A stretch of 63,726 bases of DNA, filler included, from Octopus bimaculoides (taxonomy: Eukaryota), in assembly GCF_001194135.2 (NCBI RefSeq). It is 11 parts of 10 records of this genome, joined end to end, with 100 filler letters (N's around TTAATTAATTAA, not from the genome) between each part and the next. Parts side by side here need not be neighbours in the genome. Positions count along the whole stretch, not along the records: positions 24,721 to 29,596 come from NC_069006.1; positions 29,697 to 33,421 come from NW_026344936.1; positions 33,522 to 41,909 come from NC_068989.1; 8 more parts are not named here. One strand, written 5' to 3'. The translations under genes were made by a program, and so were the position numbers. The notes under the pieces are model-generated. The model had not been told where the DNA came from. It searched no databases and saw only the letters and a program-made list of their open reading frames with translations. Below are positions 25,422 to 37,689 of this stretch, piece by piece (the first letter of the stretch is position 1; each line of letters starts with the position of its first letter).

Positions 25422-26559
25422 GTACTACAATGCATGTACACGCACACACGCCACACAAACACACACAAACACACACACACACACGATACATAGGAAATAA
25501 ATGGATCTACCACGTAAGGAAGGACTCAATACATTTTCAATGTAAAGATCAGTGGTGTGAAATGTTCCGGATTGCAAGACAGTAGGATAGAAAAAACTGG
25601 AAAGGAGAAATTTATTCAAAGTGAAGAAGGCACACTTGCCATCAACATGGGAAACAAGTGGCATAAAAGTATTGTTTTGAGAAGTTGTTGGACATGGAGA
25701 ATCACCAACAATTCAAGTGGACAGTAAAGTGATTTATATTTATCAGATCTACTCTAACCCAGAATAATACCACTTGTTAATGTTCCAGCTGTGGATTAAT
25801 TAGCATATTAGAGCTGGTGAAGATTGGATCCATCAAATTCTGTGGAAGGAACCTTCATGGTTCATAAGAAGAAAAGATGGCTGCAGCAATGGATAGTGGA
25901 GAACAAAGAGCAAGATTTAGCAAGTTAAGACATCGTGGTCATCAACTGCATCTGTCACCATCACCAGTCATCTTGATCTAGTCTTGCCTCTGGATTGAAG
26001 ATGGTCACAGACAAGAGAGTGAGTTGACAGTGCACAACTTTTATTGTTTTAATCAAAGACACTATGCAAGTCATCAGACATCCTTAGGGATGACTAGATG
26101 ATCCTCATTGCTTCAATGGATAAACATAAGATAAAGTGATGAAGGACATGAAGAGGGAGGAAAGCCGTCAGTCCATCAGTGACAGTTGCAAAGATGCTCA
26201 AAATACCTAATGATGTAAGATTAGAGGGAGTGCTGAAAAGGTCCTGGCTTTAAGGGTATTGTGAAAGGCCTTTCAGAGAAATAGTCCTGCTCTATATGCA
26301 GAAAAAGAGTCAGTATAAACTCCATGTGCTGTACTTGATGTAAGTTATGGACAAGCTAGAGGTGTAGTAGAATCGCAGATTGACTAACAGAAAAGTTAAA
26401 CTTTGATTGTGACAAATGCACTGAAGCAATATGTACTATGAGCACACTGGAAATAGATTCTTTTAAATGCCCAAATGGCTCATTAAAAGTAGTTGGTAGC
26501 TTCTGTTACCTCAGGGAGTAAATTAGTGAGGAAATTTGCTCTGAATGTGTAGCAGTGAA

Positions 26560-27010
26560 GGTAAGAATAGGATTAGAAACATTCAGGGTGATATTACTAC
26601 TGCTGACAACAAAGGTTTTTCCCATAAAGAGAAGGGTAGATTATATGATGCTTGTGTTAGCACTGTAATACTGCATAATAGTGGGATATGTGCTGTGAAT
26701 CCAGAACACTTGCAAAAACTAGAAAGAAAAGAATCTAACATTCTCCATTGGATGCATAATGTTAGTGTGCATGGAAACAAGAGTACAAATGAGCTAACTG
26801 GGTATAAAAGGAATCATGTGTAATATGCAAGAAAAGAGGCTACACAAGTGTGATGCATATGGAAGATGATTGCTGAATATAAAAATGTTTTAGCATTCCA
26901 AGTTTGTGGTACCTGGAAAACTAAGGGAGACCTGGGCTGAAGACTGACTTGGAAAATGTTACATATCACAGAAGAGATGATATAGGACTATAATGAACAG
27001 TGATATGCAG
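26560..27010 (+). mobile_element. Old RTE 3' fragment
   Basis: KGRLYDACVSTVILHNSGICAVNPEHLQKLERKESNILHWMHNV, cf. RTE KGRLYDACVR..MLHGSETW; highly decayed. Confidence 0.65.
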
Positions 27011-29530
27011 TTCTACAGAACACTCATCCACTCATGAAAAAAAGAAAAAACACCCTACAGCAGGGGTAGTGATTAAGAAGCTATATTAAGAACCTATACA
27101 TATATAATGCCCCATCACCTTACACCTCCCCTCTCATCTCTTCATCAATCAAACTAAAATCTCTCGAGTTACCCCTGTTGTCATCCAACACCTCCAGCTA
27201 CCTTTATCTCATTACCCACCCTTACATTGCTAGGATACCCTCTAATTTTTCTTTCCCTCTCTGTACCCATCCATTGTTTCCCCTTACCTCTTTCTCTCCT
27301 CATCCTTTCCATTGCCTCTGAATCTAGGATTCTTCCACAGCATTCATACTCCACTCTTCATCTTCCTCCCCTAGCTATATGCTGCCCTCTAGTGCCGATT
27401 CCTTTCCCCCACAGTTTCTCTGCCTCCTCAACACCCCTTCTTTCTACTTCCAACCTATCTTCATGAACTCCCACAGCTCTCATCAGCTCTCATTCCTTTG
27501 ATGACTCTCAGGATCCCTCACCCCCTTAGGCTATTGTTCCCTTCCTGTCTCTTCTCATACACTGTCCATACTTACCCATTCTAATGTTGGATAGCTATAG
27601 ACACACTTCTTACACATCTTATCACTTTCCAATTATCCTTTCCTTTTACCCAACAATCCATCATTAATCACTTCCTTCTCTCTTGTTCCCCACTATATTC
27701 CCCCATTTTCTTTTCTTACTTGCTGCCCCTCATTCCTCCACCTAGAAACATTGTCCACTCTTCTCTCCCTTAGTTATAGTGGCTATGCAAGTTATGAGGC
27801 AGTCATTACCAGTGCTGGTGGCATGAAAAATATACCCACTTGATACTGATACGAGACACCAACAACAGCTACATGTAGTCAGTAGTAAGAGAGAGTGACA
27901 GATATAAGTAATAGGTGACAATGACATCAAAGAGATGATTTGCAGAATCACCCATCCATACATCCAGACATTCCAATCAGGTGATGAGGCATAGATGTCT
28001 GGCTTGGGTTTTAATCACATTGGTCTTTCACTAACTGAAATACCCCATTTGTATACTCCACGACTACACATGATAGCAGTAGTTCACTAACTGAACTGAT
28101 TGATCTGGGCTATTGACAGTTTGTTGTCTGTTCATTCACTCAGCATTTAGGATTATTTGTCATTGATGCAATGAGTTCATCTACCGAAATAGTTCACATT
28201 CACCATGCTGCATCTCATGACTTCAATTTACTATGGCTCAGGTGAGACCATGATAGGTGCTACTACTCAAGGTCAGAATGGACATGGAAGCAAAAGTTGC
28301 TAAGAGGTGGATAGACTGTTTAAAAGAGAGCACAAGTCAAGATGGCAATGGTGGAAAAGAGATGGTTGTCGATAAAAGCATCACCTAAATGAGAAGGATG
28401 GCAGGGTGGGTAATTGAGGAGGTGCTTCTTCTGATACAATTTGATGCAAATATTTGTTATTTGGGCATTGTGATGGAAGAGATAAAACTTGTGTCAGACA
28501 CATGCTAGATTGGAAGAGAAAGGAACAATGCAGTTATAGAAATGGTTAGCAGTAAGTGTGTGATGGGTGTATACACCCATCACACACTTAGTATAGCAAA
28601 ACAGGAGATGAGTGATTGAGGGATGAGAGAATATGGAATAGGCAAAAGTGGATGCAGATAGAGCTTAACAAGTACAGAATGGGTGCAAGACCTAGTGTAG
28701 ATATATATTATACACTCAGACCTCCATCACTAGCACCAAATAATATATGTTTTGCTATATTTGCATGAGTGATAGGTAGACAGGCCTTCTCAAGCATGAT
28801 ATATGTATATATATTAGCATTTATCTTTTACTTGTTTCAGTCATTGGACTGTGGCCATACAGGGGCACCACCTTGAAAAATTTTGGTTAAGCAAATCTAC
28901 CATAGTACTTAATTTTTTAAAGTTTGGTATGTATTCTATTGGTCTCTTTTACCAAATTGCTAGATTACATGTGTGTGTGTGTGTGTGTGTTTAAAGACCA
29001 TGACAAATGTGTGTATGTAGTAATATATTTGGAGAAAGTGAAATATTCCATCCAAATAAAACATTAGTAGTTATAGAACAATAACAGCAACATCAACAAC
29101 TACAACTATAACAGCAAGTACAACAAATCAACAACAGTGACAACAACAATGACAGTAACAAGAGCAAAAAGAATAGCAGCATTCTGAGGAATTGCAAATC
29201 AAAGTTTGGTGTGGCACTGTCTGGGTAGGGACGTAGAGTCTTAGAGGATGTGGTGCTGGTAATGTAGGAGTTGGCAGTGCAGAAAGAAATGGTACAGTTA
29301 AGAAAGAGAATCAAAGACAGTATATATGAGAGAAAAATACTGGAACACAGGTGAGATAAATAAACAAATCTTCATATTTGTTTACTGAAATTCTTGGATT
29401 CAGTGAAGGTTGATATTGGCATGAGAACAGGAGTTGGATGGTATGTAGGCAGGGATATTTATGGTGCCACCATATCGCTCATTGTATGTGTGTATATATA
29501 TGTGCATATATATATCTGTGTGCTTGTGTG

Positions 29531-29596
<66 letters not shown>

Positions 29597-30165
29597 NNNN
29601 NNNNNNNNNNNNNNNNNNNNNNNNNNNNNNNNNNNNNNNNTTAATTAATTAANNNNNNNNNNNNNNNNNNNNNNNNNNNNNNNNNNNNNNNNNNNNTGTA
29701 TGTATGTATGTATGTACAGGGGTTGGACAAAATAATGGAAACAACTTAAAATTTCAAACAGATATATTTCAATATGGAGTAGGACCGCCTTTGGCAATAG
29801 TTAGAGCTTGAATTCTACGAGGTATGGACTCGGACAAAGTTTCAACTGTTTCCAAAGGATTTTTTTGTCCATTCTTCAGCTAAAACAGTCTCCAGTTCTT
29901 GTAGTGATGATGATGGATGGTATCGACTCCTTACTTGTTTTTCTAAAATGCACCATAAATGTTCAATAATATTGAGATCTGGGGACTGTAGTGGCCACAT
30001 AAGATGTTCAGCTTCACTAGAATGTTCTTCTGCCGTTCAGTACCAACTTTAGCTGTTTGAAATGGAGCATTATCATCATGAAAGATTGCGTTTCCCTCCG
30101 GTATTAAGGAAGGATAAGAAAATATTAGATTCATAAGTCCTAAAATTCACTCCATAATTGCCAAC

Positions 30166-30420
30166 GGGCATATGGCGTAGTGGTTAAGAGCGCGGGCTAC
30201 TAATCCCAAGATTCCGAGTTCGATTCCAGGTAGTGACCTGAATAATAATAATAATAATAATAATGATAATAACATCGAAAAATATCTTAGGAATGAGAAC
30301 CCAGGTTGGAAATTTCTCCAAGACACCTGATGAAGGATGGAGGGTATATCAGCCGAAACGTTGAGTTAACAACAAACAAGATGTGGACAAATATCCGTCA
30401 AATGTAAATAATGTAAACAA
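30166..30420 (+). mobile_element. tRNA-headed SINE (family D) with (AAT)n spacer and a hammerhead-like body
   Basis: GGGCATATGGCGTAGTGGTTAAGAGCGCGGG...GAGTTCGATTCC A/B boxes. Inserted into the Tc1 coding remnant. Confidence 0.75.
30322..30367 (+). ncRNA. Degenerate minimal type-I hammerhead motif inside a SINE
   Basis: GACAC-CTGATGA-A-GGATG(loop)CAGCC-GAAACGTT-GAGTT. Cores intact, palindromic ACGU stem III; stems I and II each carry one mismatch. Confidence 0.55.
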
Positions 30421-31061
30421 TGATCCTCCTCCATGTTTAACAGTTGAAAGAAGGTAGTCTGGGTCAAATGCTTCTTATGGCTATCTCCACACGTATACTC
30501 GATCGGTGATCGGAAATAAGGTGACCGGAAATAGGGGACCAATTTTGTAGGTTTTTACTCCACTCTAAACAACGTTTGTTTTTGAAAGTAGTGGTTTTGC
30601 ATGAAAATCCGGCTTTGTGCAGCTCCCAGCGAACAGTTTCTGTGGAAACTGGCTTCTCCAGGTGGTCATTAAGCTCTGCATACGATCTCTTAGAAAGTCC
30701 GATAGATCAGTCATTTTAATGTATTTTAATTACCTTTTTCTGATATCTTCAAAGAAAAAGTAGTTTTAGTAAAACATATTAAGTAACACTAATAATAAAT
30801 CAAAAAGCATAAAAATAAACAGGCTTTGACGGTTTTATAGATATCTCAGAATTATGATGCTATGATGCTCGTGTTTTTGAATTACGTGTATTTACTTTAT
30901 ATACATGAGTTGCAAACTTTCTTTTAACATTTCACTTAACGTCTATGTTCCATGCTTGCATGGGCTGGAGAGTTATTAATGTAGAAAGTTTGTATCTCAG
31001 CTACTAGCAGTTGAGACCTACGTAATCTAGACGGCGTTTTTAAATTTCATTATTCTCTTTA

Positions 31062-31090
31062 ACCCGAGCAACGCCGGGTATATCTGCTAG
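31062..31090 (+). mobile_element. Helitron 3' terminus
   Basis: GC-rich hairpin ACCCG-AGCAACGC-CGGGT, followed 7 nt later by CTAG|T. Confidence 0.6.
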
Positions 31091-31739
31091 TTTACTAATA
31101 AAATCAATAAAATGATGAATAAAATACTTCGCGTTATTTGTATTGTGTACTTGCGGTCCGAGTTGAAATCCTACTGAGATCGACTTAAGTCTTATTGTTT
31201 CTGTTAAATAGCCGTAGAGTACTTGACCTATGTTAGAAAGCAGTAGCAACAGTAATAGCCATCTTTTAAAATTGAATACTAAATGAATTTAGAGAAAGAA
31301 GGATTGAATTAAAGATTCACAAATGTGAATAGCTACAATCCATCACAATCCAAACCAGATGTTGTCAGTTCCTATAAAAATTTTATGAAACGGAACAACA
31401 ATCGAAAACAATAAAAAGAAAACGAAATGAACGAATGAAGAATAAGAAAAAGTATATTAATCTCCGATAAACGTCGTAATTCGAATAATCTGGAAGGACA
31501 AGTCTACTTAAAGAATAATTAAAATTTCAACAAGAGTACTCCACCAAGGCAACACCAACATCCTCTCAACGATTAGCCAGAGATGATATTTTAAATGAGA
31601 ATGTCTGAAATAAACTCGACTACTCTCACAAACGAAAATACTAAAAATGAACGCGACTGCTCTCAAAAATTAAGTCAAAAAAAAACAGGAGAAATAGTCC
31701 AGAATCCTTGTTCGGTACCGATCGATCCCAAAATCTAAT

Positions 31740-32800
31740 CAGTGCGAGTCGGTGGTTTTTGTTTGGATAGTTTTTTGTGCTGCTTTGCAACGTTTTGAGT
31801 GTTTACGTGTGTTTGTTTGTGCTTTCTCTTCTCGTAGGAGAAGAGACAACTGGTTAAAGGATGTCTGAAGACAGTTATTCAGACATATCATCGTCCGAGG
31901 AGGAGTTGCTAGAGGCTGTTAAAACAATGGACCAAAAACTGAGAACAGAGAAGAGGAATTTTGCTGATGCAGCTAGGTGTGAGGAGACAGAAGTGAATAT
32001 CGGGGAATTAGGAAGACACAAAGGAGAAATGATCCGAGATGGGTTCGAAGTGAAGCTGTCGCCCCCGCAAGAGGTTAAAAACGGAATAAGGGAGAAAACT
32101 ATAAACTATCGAACCTTTTCGATAAATAAAGGAAAAATTGATGTCGTCACGACAGAACAAGTAGAAAAGGCGTTAAGGCAGATTTGGGACTAGAGGTTCA
32201 ACACTTGGAACAGTAGAAGTGAGGTTTTGTAATGCAGCAGCAGCAAGGAAACATGCAGCGTCGACAATTCGGAGCGAAGAAGTGGCGCTGTTGCCCACGT
32301 ATAGAGGCATGAGAGCAACAAGGGTCACGGTTGAAGGAATCCCACCGGAGATTGATGTGACCTGAGTGGCAGATGCGGTCCTCTTTGGTAATGAGGACAA
32401 CATAGTGCTCCAGACCAAGAAAAAAGAGTGCGTCAACTGGAGAGGTCAACAACTGGAGATGATAGTTCAAGGTTCAAAAGAAACGATGGAAAAGATTATG
32501 GAAACCATAATTATGGAAGAAACAATTATGACTGTCAGGGTGGAAGAAAGAGTTCCATGCTGCTTTAAATGTGGCCTGAAGGGACACATAAGAGCAGGGT
32601 GTATGTCAAAGGCAAGAAAAAAGCAACCAGAAAATACGGAAGAGAAGAGAGAAGAAAGCCGCAGAAAGGAAGTAGCGGAAACAGGAAAAAATAAATGGCA
32701 AAATGTAAGAGAAAAAAGAACGAAAAAAGGGAAGTGAGCTAAACTGTAACCCACATTCCACACCCATCCCACCCACACCCTCTCAGACCCACCCACTCAC
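31740..32800 (+). mobile_element. Tx1/L1-clade LINE ORF1 (gag-like zinc knuckle), 5' remnant
   Basis: Broken ORFs 31861-32193 and 32366-32737 with CX2CX4HX4C (CFKCGLKGHIRAGC) and a RATRVTVEGIPPEID segment. No ORF2 follows. Confidence 0.65.
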
Positions 32801-33521
32801 TGTAAACACTAGGCCTATCCATTCCCATCCGACACAAAAACAAGAGGCAAACACATACAAAGAAACCCAAAACCCCTCCCCCAAGTCAAAAAAGAGAAGG
32901 AAAAAGGTAGGATTTATATGTTGCTTAGCGACTAACTGTTAAGGGATACGGCGGAATGGGACATAAAATGTATTGGAACTGCGGGGTATGATGATGTGGA
33001 GGAACATCACTTGCGTGTAATACCAGACAAATAGCAGGAGGAAAAAATACAAGAGTATTTGGTAGAAATTTAGATTACCCAACGGACTGATATAGTTCAT
33101 CCAATAACGTTGATTGTCACTGCGTTAGTAAAACTTAAAAACGATCAGGATAACCTGTAGAATCTATTGATGTCTGTAGTGACAGACGATTAAATAAATT
33201 GAGCAGAAGTTAACCATGACTAAACATAGATTAAAAATAATGCTAATAAGATACTTAATGTTAATTGAAAATAAAATAAAAGATTAATATGATGATAAAA
33301 TTTAATATTTAATGTGGATCAACTGTGCTTTTGTTAATCTTGTAAAATCATATGAATATACATACACATATATGTATATGTAACACACGCAGATATATAT
33401 ATATACATACATATATATATANNNNNNNNNNNNNNNNNNNNNNNNNNNNNNNNNNNNNNNNNNNNTTAATTAATTAANNNNNNNNNNNNNNNNNNNNNNN
33501 NNNNNNNNNNNNNNNNNNNNN

Positions 33522-33577
<56 letters not shown>

Positions 33578-34384
33578 ACACACGTAATACACGCACGCAC
33601 ACACACACACGCACATATATATGTACATAATACATAAATATATATACAGATGCATACGTTTATATCCACATATATACACACATATGTGAGAGTGTGTGTA
33701 AGTTATGCATTTATGTAAATATGAGTGTGTGCGTGTGTGTATGTATGTGTGCATGTGCGTGTGCGTGTATGTGTGTGCGTGTGTGTTTGTGTGTGTGTAT
33801 GTGTGTGAATGTGCGCTTGCACTGTAATAGTTGCCTGTTGATTCTCTTCAATAATACTCAGAATTTCAAATATGAGTTGTACACATCAGAATTCATTTGA
33901 TGAATGGTTGAAGCAGGGACAGGATATCAGCAACTTTCTGGCAGGGCTAATGTCATCGATTAAGACAAATTAGATCACAAAATAATTAGAAGACTTGAAA
34001 TATTATTAGTATCTAGAATTCTATAGCCTAAATATATAGTAGCCAGGCCAAATTTAGACTCATCGGAGCAGTTGCTTCTCCACGGTTGTTCAACTAATTG
34101 GCTATAGATTCGAATTGGTTGGACGTAAACTTTAATCGGTATTTGATCATGAACGATTTGCAGAAGATTCTGGTGTAAATAGAAGCTGCCCGGTCGTAAG
34201 CTTGGCTTAGCTTGAGGTTAGCACTTTCTTTATTATATTCACCAAACTTGCTTTACTGTGATATAGTGTGACATTTAAAGTAAAATAAAGATTTAGCAAC
34301 TTTGCATCAAGACTCAGTCAGATATGATTCTTTTCCTTTATTTTTTCTTTCTTTCAGAATTTCATCAACAATTGCGACGTTCAT

Positions 34385-35871
34385 ATGATGGAAGGACTGA
34401 AATATATTTTCATAATTTCTCTTTTAAAAATTTACGTTCTTGCGGAAGATCCGATAATTGATACTACCACTGGAACGATTAAAGGATCAACAATCTCAGT
34501 CCAGAATGTTGATCTTGATGTCTTTCTTGGAATACCATTTGCCAAACCTCCTGTTGGTAATCTAAGATTTAAAAGACCAGAGCCAATTGAGCGGTGGAGA
34601 GGTATAAAAGAGACTAAGAAACATATTTCCTCGTGTATACAAGTAGTTGATGCATTTGATAATATTGAAGGTGCAGATTCTTTCAAAGTAAATACTAATA
34701 TAAGCGAAGACTGTCTTTATTTAAACATTTGGGCGCCAACAGAATCCCGAAAGTCCCATTCAAATTTAGCCACAATGATATGGATATATGGGGGTGCACT
34801 TGTTTCTGGGTCAAGCACGCTGGACGCATACGATGGACGATTGTTAGCAGCGACTCAAAAGATTATCGTTGCATCACTTAATTATAGAGTTGGACCCTTC
34901 GGTTTTCTTTCCTTAAATGACGAACGTGCTCCAGGCAATATGGGATTTCTTGATCAAACCCTTGCAGTAAATTGGATTCGTGATAACATTGCATCATTCG
35001 GCGGAGACCCTGATAAACTGACACTGTTTGGACAGAGTTCTGGTGCAATGTCTGTTAGCTTTCATGTTATGTCACCAATTTCTCGAAAATTATTCAGGAA
35101 TGCAATTATAATGAGTGGGATATCTACCACTGATTGGTCAATTAGGTCAAAAGAGGAAAATATTGAAAGAGCGAAAGAAATGGCTGCCTTCTTGAAATGT
35201 CCAACTGAGAACGATAAGGTGATGTTAGATTGCTTTCTAAATGCCGATGCAAACAACTTAGCTGTGGGACAATTTTATAATTTAAAGAACATCACAGAAT
35301 TTCCTTTTTCTCCTATTATAGATAACTATTTCTTACAAAAGAAGCCGAAAGAAACTCTACAGAATAAAGAAATGAAAAAGGATGTGATGATTGGTTTTCT
35401 TAAAAATGAAGGAAGTTTGATGATTGTAATAAGAAACCCTGAATATTTCGCTCCAAACACAAATGTTCCGGTAAACAAATCTATCGCACACAAAATAATG
35501 AGAAATCTAATCGAACCAAAACAATTAAATTCTCTGCAGTTGGATTCCATCTCGTATCTTTATGGTTCTCATGTTGATACCTCTTCTGAAACTGAAAAAT
35601 ACAGATATATATTGGACCAAGTAGCTGGCGATATAATGTTTAAATGTCCTACTATTCACTTTTCCGAGGAATTCAGTACCTATTCCAATGTTTATATGTA
35701 TTCTTTTGAGTATCGTTCAAGAGCTACGCCCTGGCCGGAATGGATGGGTGTGATACATGGAACTGATGTTTATTTCGCGTTTTCCCAAATATTATTAGGA
35801 GAATATTCAGCAGAAGACAAATCTGTGGCAAAAATGGTGTCAAGTTATTTTGCAAACTTTTCCAAATCAGG
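34385..35871 (+). CDS. ACHE-like: Acetylcholinesterase-like carboxylesterase (type-B carboxylesterase/cholinesterase family), large first coding exon, aa 1-496
   Basis: Intact 496-codon ORF. Signal peptide MMEGLKYIFIISLLKIYVLA. Family motifs FLGIPFAKPPVGNLRF, SEDCLYLNIW, WIYGG, NYRVGPFGFL, GNMGFLDQ, FGGDP, GQSSG (Ser218), NEG (Glu342), WPEWMGVIHG (His458). Acceptor TTTCTTTCTTTCAG at 34357 just before the ATG; donor GG|GTAGGA at 35872. Confidence 0.95.
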
Positions 35872-36092
35872 GTAGGAATTTTATCTTTTAACCTTTTGCT
35901 TTTATCTTTTAACCTGTTGCTTTATCTTTCACTTTTTTATTTTCAACTTTTTATCTCTTATCTTATAACTTTTTCCTTTTATTTTTAGTCTCTTTATTCT
36001 CGCTTTTACTTTCTCGTTCATAATCCCTAAATATCATATGTATTCACCCCATACTTTCATATATGTTTTTGTTCATTCCGACATACAGGCAA

Positions 36093-36190
36093 ACACACAC
36101 ATACATACATACATGCACAGTTACACACACATACATACATACATGCACAGTTACACACACATACATACATACATGCACAGTTACACACAC
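36093..36190. repeat. 30-bp minisatellite x3 in the AChE-like intron
   Basis: ACACACACATACATACATACATGCACAGTT repeated perfectly three times. Confidence 0.85.
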
Positions 36191-36312
36191 GCGCACACAC
36201 ACGCACATAGTCATATGCATATGTATATACACATACATTCGCGAATGCACACATATATATACACATACACACACGAACATATACACACACACTCAGACAA
36301 TGTATGTGGGTG

Positions 36313-37580
36313 AGTGTTGCAAGCACTTTGTCATGGCACCACTTGTATCTTCCTCGAGTAAGTGCTATTTTGCATCCTGATAAGATGTGTGCCAGGATGC
36401 CCCTTTCCCAACAAAGTCTTCACAGCTGATCTCCCTTCAAACGCCATCTGTGCAGGTTTTTTGAAGTTGGGAGTGGATCATCATCTGCAGCAGGAAAAAA
36501 AGTACGGAAAGGTTCCAGTCTTCAGAGGTCTGTCTATGTGTAATTCATTTTAGGGAAATCCCATTTAGTCCAGGCTCCCTGAGATCCTAGCTCCACAAAT
36601 CTTGATCTTCGTCTTTCTGCTTCCTGGTTCCGTACTTCTGCTTGGATCATGTCTCTCCTCTCCTATATGTTCATCTTCTTCAAACGAGACCCTTCTGCAT
36701 GCAATTCCAATGATGTCATGTAGCTTCAGCAGGCTTTCAGCCTGTGCAACTGTGGTACTGGCCACCTGCTTTGGCCTGAGCCTTGTTGTGATACTTGTAT
36801 GTCAGACACGCTCATCACGGGGAGATCCTGTACGTCATTATAACTCTACATCTCGTGACTTGGAATTCCCCCACCAACGATGACAGGAGATGTTGAAGCT
36901 GTCCAGATCTTATGTCCATGCCAATTGAAGTGAACCTTGAGGAGGATACCTAGCCGCCCTCTGTGGTGGTGGTAATGATATGTTTTTACCTTTCTTTCCA
37001 TTCTTGTCACTGAAATCTCACACGCTGTCAATAACCATATGAATCTTGGGAGTAGTTTGTGTTGTTAGAGCCATGTCTTGAATTTTTCTGGAAGCCCTGA
37101 TTCTTTCAGTCCCACTCCTCTGCTTGTTTTTCAATATTGGTGACATTTCGTCTGTCAAGGAGTGAATTGTCAAGCCTCTTCCCAAAGCATTTGATTGAAT
37201 TTTCCTCTATTGATGGAATAGCCTTACCTTGCACTTGCAGCTTGATGTTCGTTAATTTGCCGCGTCTGATCACCATACGGGATATAACCGTCACTGTAGC
37301 CCATGTTATCGTGTGTTCAAGTGAAGTCAGTACCTGTTCTTCCACCATATGGGTTGTGGTTGTCACTGTAAGATCATGCATGAAATTCCTTATTGGATGT
37401 TGTTGGCCACCTGATCCTATCGTTGGTCTTTAGACTTCTTAATCAGCAGCTGTTATGAATAGATTCAATTCCATGATCAAAAAGGTAGAGAAAAATGTGC
37501 AACTAATTATGATTCCTTTCTCCAGGTTTTGCCACCAAGTTGTTAAACAGGCTGTTTTGAAGCGGAAGAACGCCATGGCG
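36313..37580 (-). mobile_element. HERO/R2-group (restriction-like endonuclease class) LINE fragment: RT + CCHC finger
   Basis: Minus frames: WQNLEKGII, PIRNFMHDLTVTTTT, LQVQGKAIPSIEENSIKCFGK, ELGSQGAWTKW, LHRW...RLC..RGILAHILSGCKIALTRGRYKWCHDKVL. Multiple stops. Confidence 0.75.
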
Positions 37581-37689
37581 GAACGTCCGTGAACCGCACT
37601 ACTTGACTGGCGGAGGGCTGTGAGCGCTTAACGACATTTCAGCTGCTAAGCACCATCTTGATCTTTGTTTGAATCAAGTCTGTTACTCT

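Larger units (their letters stand above)
29717..30500 (-). mobile_element. Tc1-family transposon 3' half, interrupted by a SINE
   Basis: TA|CAGGGGTTGGACAAAATAATGGAAAC terminus. Minus frames give TVKHGGGS, FHDDNAP and WPLQSPDLNIIEHLW. Confidence 0.8.

Noticed and set aside
35873-35875. TAG ending the 496-aa ORF, suggesting a truncated or pseudogenised esterase
   Set aside because: The TAG lies inside the intron (donor GT at 35872-35873); the frame continues correctly in the 39416 exon.
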